A stretch of 64,000 nt of DNA, taken from the NCBI GenBank assembly GCA_963816145.1, contig CAWFJP010000017.1, positions 160,001 through 224,000 of the forward strand. The letters are read 5' to 3'. The notes under the pieces were generated by a model, which did not search any database, had not been told where the DNA came from, and worked only from the letters and a program-made list of their open reading frames with translations. Both the position numbers and the translations under genes were made by a program. The stretch comes from an uncultured delta proteobacterium (lineage in GTDB: Bacteria > Desulfobacterota > Binatia > UBA9968). Shown here in pieces: positions 61,769 to 64,000 of the stretch (within the stretch, counting starts at the first letter, position 1; every line of letters begins with the position of its first letter).

Positions 61769-61940
61769 GCGCTCTTCATCTCAACCGGCGTCACCAATCG
61801 CCAAAATATTAACGATACGGTTGAAACTATCTAGCCCGATTCCATATACGTTTGATCTTGCATCGCTATTGGCGTAGATTTTCCGCACTTAAAGTTTGCG
61901 CCCGGATTGGTTTTGTGACCAAGCCGGCAGAGGAGGAAAC

Positions 61941-62306
61941 ATGTTCGGCAAAGGCGTATTTCAAGAGGAAGAAAATCTCCTGCGCGAGATCATCCGCAGC
62001 GTCGACAAGAAAGTCGACTACTCCGCCCGTGAAGGTGAAGGAACCAAGTTTATCGTTCATCTCAAACTCAAGAATCATGAAGGCGACGTCATGCTCGACC
62101 TCGAAGATCTCAAGTCTGCCAAGCAAGACCAAATCCGCCGGCACCAGATCCGCCAGAAGATCAAGGCGCGCTGCGATCACTTGGATCAATCCCGTTACGG
62201 CGCTGATATCTTAGGACTTCGATCGGCAAGGATATTGAAGACCTCGCCCAAACTCGAACCCATGGCGCAACGCGGCGGTTTCAACCGCAGTGGACCAAGG
62301 CGCTAA
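61941..62306 (+). CDS. Hypothetical basic protein
   Basis: AGGAGG SD before ATG 61941; 121-codon open frame; no recognised motif. Confidence 0.6.
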   Translation: MFGKGVFQEEENLLREIIRSVDKKVDYSAREGEGTKFIVHLKLKNHEGDVMLDLEDLKSAKQDQIRRHQIRQKIKARCDHLDQSRYGADILGLRSARILKTSPKLEPMAQRGGFNRSGPRR

Positions 62307-62365
62307 ACGTTAGCAACTGAGTTCGCTGACTTATCTCCATAAGCATTAGTCGGTCTCGAGACAAT

Positions 62366-63229
62366 ATGGCAAAAGCGGAATTGATTCGCCAGGCTCTAGC
62401 CACGCATGGTCAGTTGATCATGCCCGGGGTTTATGACGCTCTGAGCGCAAAGATTGCCGCCCGAGCCGGATTCGAAGTGATTTTTATTACCGGTTACAGC
62501 TTATCGGCGACGTTGCTGGGTGAACCCGACTTTGGCTTGTTAACTCAAACCGAAGTCGTCAGCGCCGCTCAACGGATCTGCTCGGTAGTCGAAACACCGG
62601 TGATCGTCGACGCCGATACCGGTTACGGCAACGCGATTAATGTCATACGCACCGTACAAGACCTTGTCCGCTCTGGAGCCGGAGGAATGTTTTTAGAGGA
62701 TCAGGTTTGGCCCAAACGCTGCGGCCACATGCGTGGCAAGCAGGTGATTCCCCTGGACGAGCAGCTAAACAAGCTGCGCGCCGCGGTTGAGGCAAGAGGG
62801 CAGATGGATTTTTTTATCGTTGCCCGCACCGACTCCCGCCAAGCCCTCGGCCTCGATGAAGCAATCAAGCGCGGTATCGCTTTCAAGAATGCTGGCGCCG
62901 ACGCTGTGTTTATTGAAGCCCCGGAATCCAAAGAAGAGATGCGCGAGATTGCCAAACATGTCAAAGGCCATCTGGTGGCCAATATGTTGGAGCGTGGCGT
63001 AACCCCGCTGATGGGGCCTGAGGAGCTGAAAGAACTGGGATTCAATCTGGTCGTTTGGCCCTTAGCGCCGCTGTATTCAGTCGCGAAATCGCTGACAGAT
63101 GTCTATACGACTCTGCGCAAAGAAGGATCGACGCTGTCGATTCTAGACCGCTTGATGCCGTTCGATGAATTTAACGGCATCGTCGGCTTGAATGAAAAGT
63201 ATTTGCTGGACGCCAAGTTTAAAACATAG
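62366..63229 (+). CDS. Methylisocitrate lyase / 2,3-dimethylmalate lyase-like enzyme (ICL/PEPM superfamily)
   Basis: PGVYDALSA, D.DTGYG, EDQ..PKRCGH, ARTD, GADA.F.EA. Confidence 0.88.
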   Translation: MAKAELIRQALATHGQLIMPGVYDALSAKIAARAGFEVIFITGYSLSATLLGEPDFGLLTQTEVVSAAQRICSVVETPVIVDADTGYGNAINVIRTVQDLVRSGAGGMFLEDQVWPKRCGHMRGKQVIPLDEQLNKLRAAVEARGQMDFFIVARTDSRQALGLDEAIKRGIAFKNAGADAVFIEAPESKEEMREIAKHVKGHLVANMLERGVTPLMGPEELKELGFNLVVWPLAPLYSVAKSLTDVYTTLRKEGSTLSILDRLMPFDEFNGIVGLNEKYLLDAKFKT

Positions 63230-63270
63230 CTTGATCAGACTCACCCCGATGGTCAGTTAAGATAAATACC

Positions 63271-64000
63271 TTACAGCCGCATCGGCATCAGGACGTACAG
63301 ATAACCATCCACGCTAGCCTTGCGAATAACACTGGGGCTAAGTTCGTCCTTTAACTGAAATTCGATCTCCCCCTCACCGCCCAAAACCGCCAAAACATCT
63401 AATAGGTAACGAGCATTGAAACCGATCGCGATAGTCTTGCCTTTATAATCCGCATCGACTTCCTCCACGGCTTCGCCAAGGTCCGGGTTATTCGCCGATA
63501 TCGACAGCTTGCCGTTGGCAAACTCCATCTTGATGCCCTTGTAGCGTTCGCTCGAAAGAATCGATACCCGCCGCAAAGCGCGCAGTAACTCTTCGTGGTC
63601 AAGTTTAGCGATACACGGATTGCCGACCGGAATAACCTTCGTATAGTCGGGAAAATCGCCGTCGATCAAGCGCATGAAAAGCTCAACATTGTCTTTACTG
63701 ACGAGCCCCATGTTCTCTTTGAAACCTAAAGACACCGAGCCGTCCTCGCCGCTTTCCAATAATTTCTTGAGTTCCGATAATCCTTTTCTCGGTAGGATTA
63801 CGCCTTTGGCGAGACCAAGAGAACCGACCTGCTTCTCCTCAAACGCCAGCCGATGACCATCCGTGGCCACCATGCGCACGTTGGTCCCTTCGCTCTGCTC
63901 GATGTAAACGCCATTGAGGCTGTAGCGGGTTTCATCCGTCGATACCGAAAAGATTGTCCGCTCAATCATTTCGCGCACGGTTGACGCCGAAGTTGTCGAT
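63271..64000 (-). CDS. dnaN: DNA polymerase III beta clamp; 5' end lies outside the window
   Basis: S.DETRY.LNG, VATDGHRL, LI.G.FPDY..VIP, IGFN..YLLD, C-terminal LMPMRL. Confidence 0.96.
   Translation of the reverse strand, partial: STTSASTVREMIERTIFSVSTDETRYSLNGVYIEQSEGTNVRMVATDGHRLAFEEKQVGSLGLAKGVILPRKGLSELKKLLESGEDGSVSLGFKENMGLVSKDNVELFMRLIDGDFPDYTKVIPVGNPCIAKLDHEELLRALRRVSILSSERYKGIKMEFANGKLSISANNPDLGEAVEEVDADYKGKTIAIGFNARYLLDVLAVLGGEGEIEFQLKDELSPSVIRKASVDGYLYVLMPMRL

Overview
A 64-kb, moderately GC-rich bacterial chromosome segment. Gene content suggests a deltaproteobacterium-like organism, most resembling Candidatus Binatia (inference). That content includes a split atp operon preceded by a bactofilin, many orphan Bug/TctC and NMT1/SsuA-type solute-binding proteins, and UbiD, amidohydrolase and cupin catabolic genes. 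Housekeeping genes: atpF'-F-H-A-G-D-C, the 3' part of dnaN, msrA, a cyclophilin and pal. Accessory blocks: a tctABC transporter, a hybrid sensor kinase, a trehalose/ion-transport block (DUF5752-treT-otsAB fusion, two cation/anion transporters), a sigma-54 module (enhancer-binding protein, porin, duplicated-domain lipoprotein) and an aromatic/organic-acid catabolic cluster. Several genes are eroded pseudogenes. I saw no CRISPR array, rRNA, tRNA or transposase. The most notable observations are four: (i) a bicupin + EutA-like ATPase operon with no ethanolamine ammonia-lyase nearby; (ii) an unannotated ~170-nt highly base-paired intergenic element beside it (candidate ncRNA); (iii) a sigma-54 regulon with readable promoters and shared upstream sites; (iv) short-period inverted repeats in three consecutive atp spacers. 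Family calls come from motif recognition only; no database search was run.
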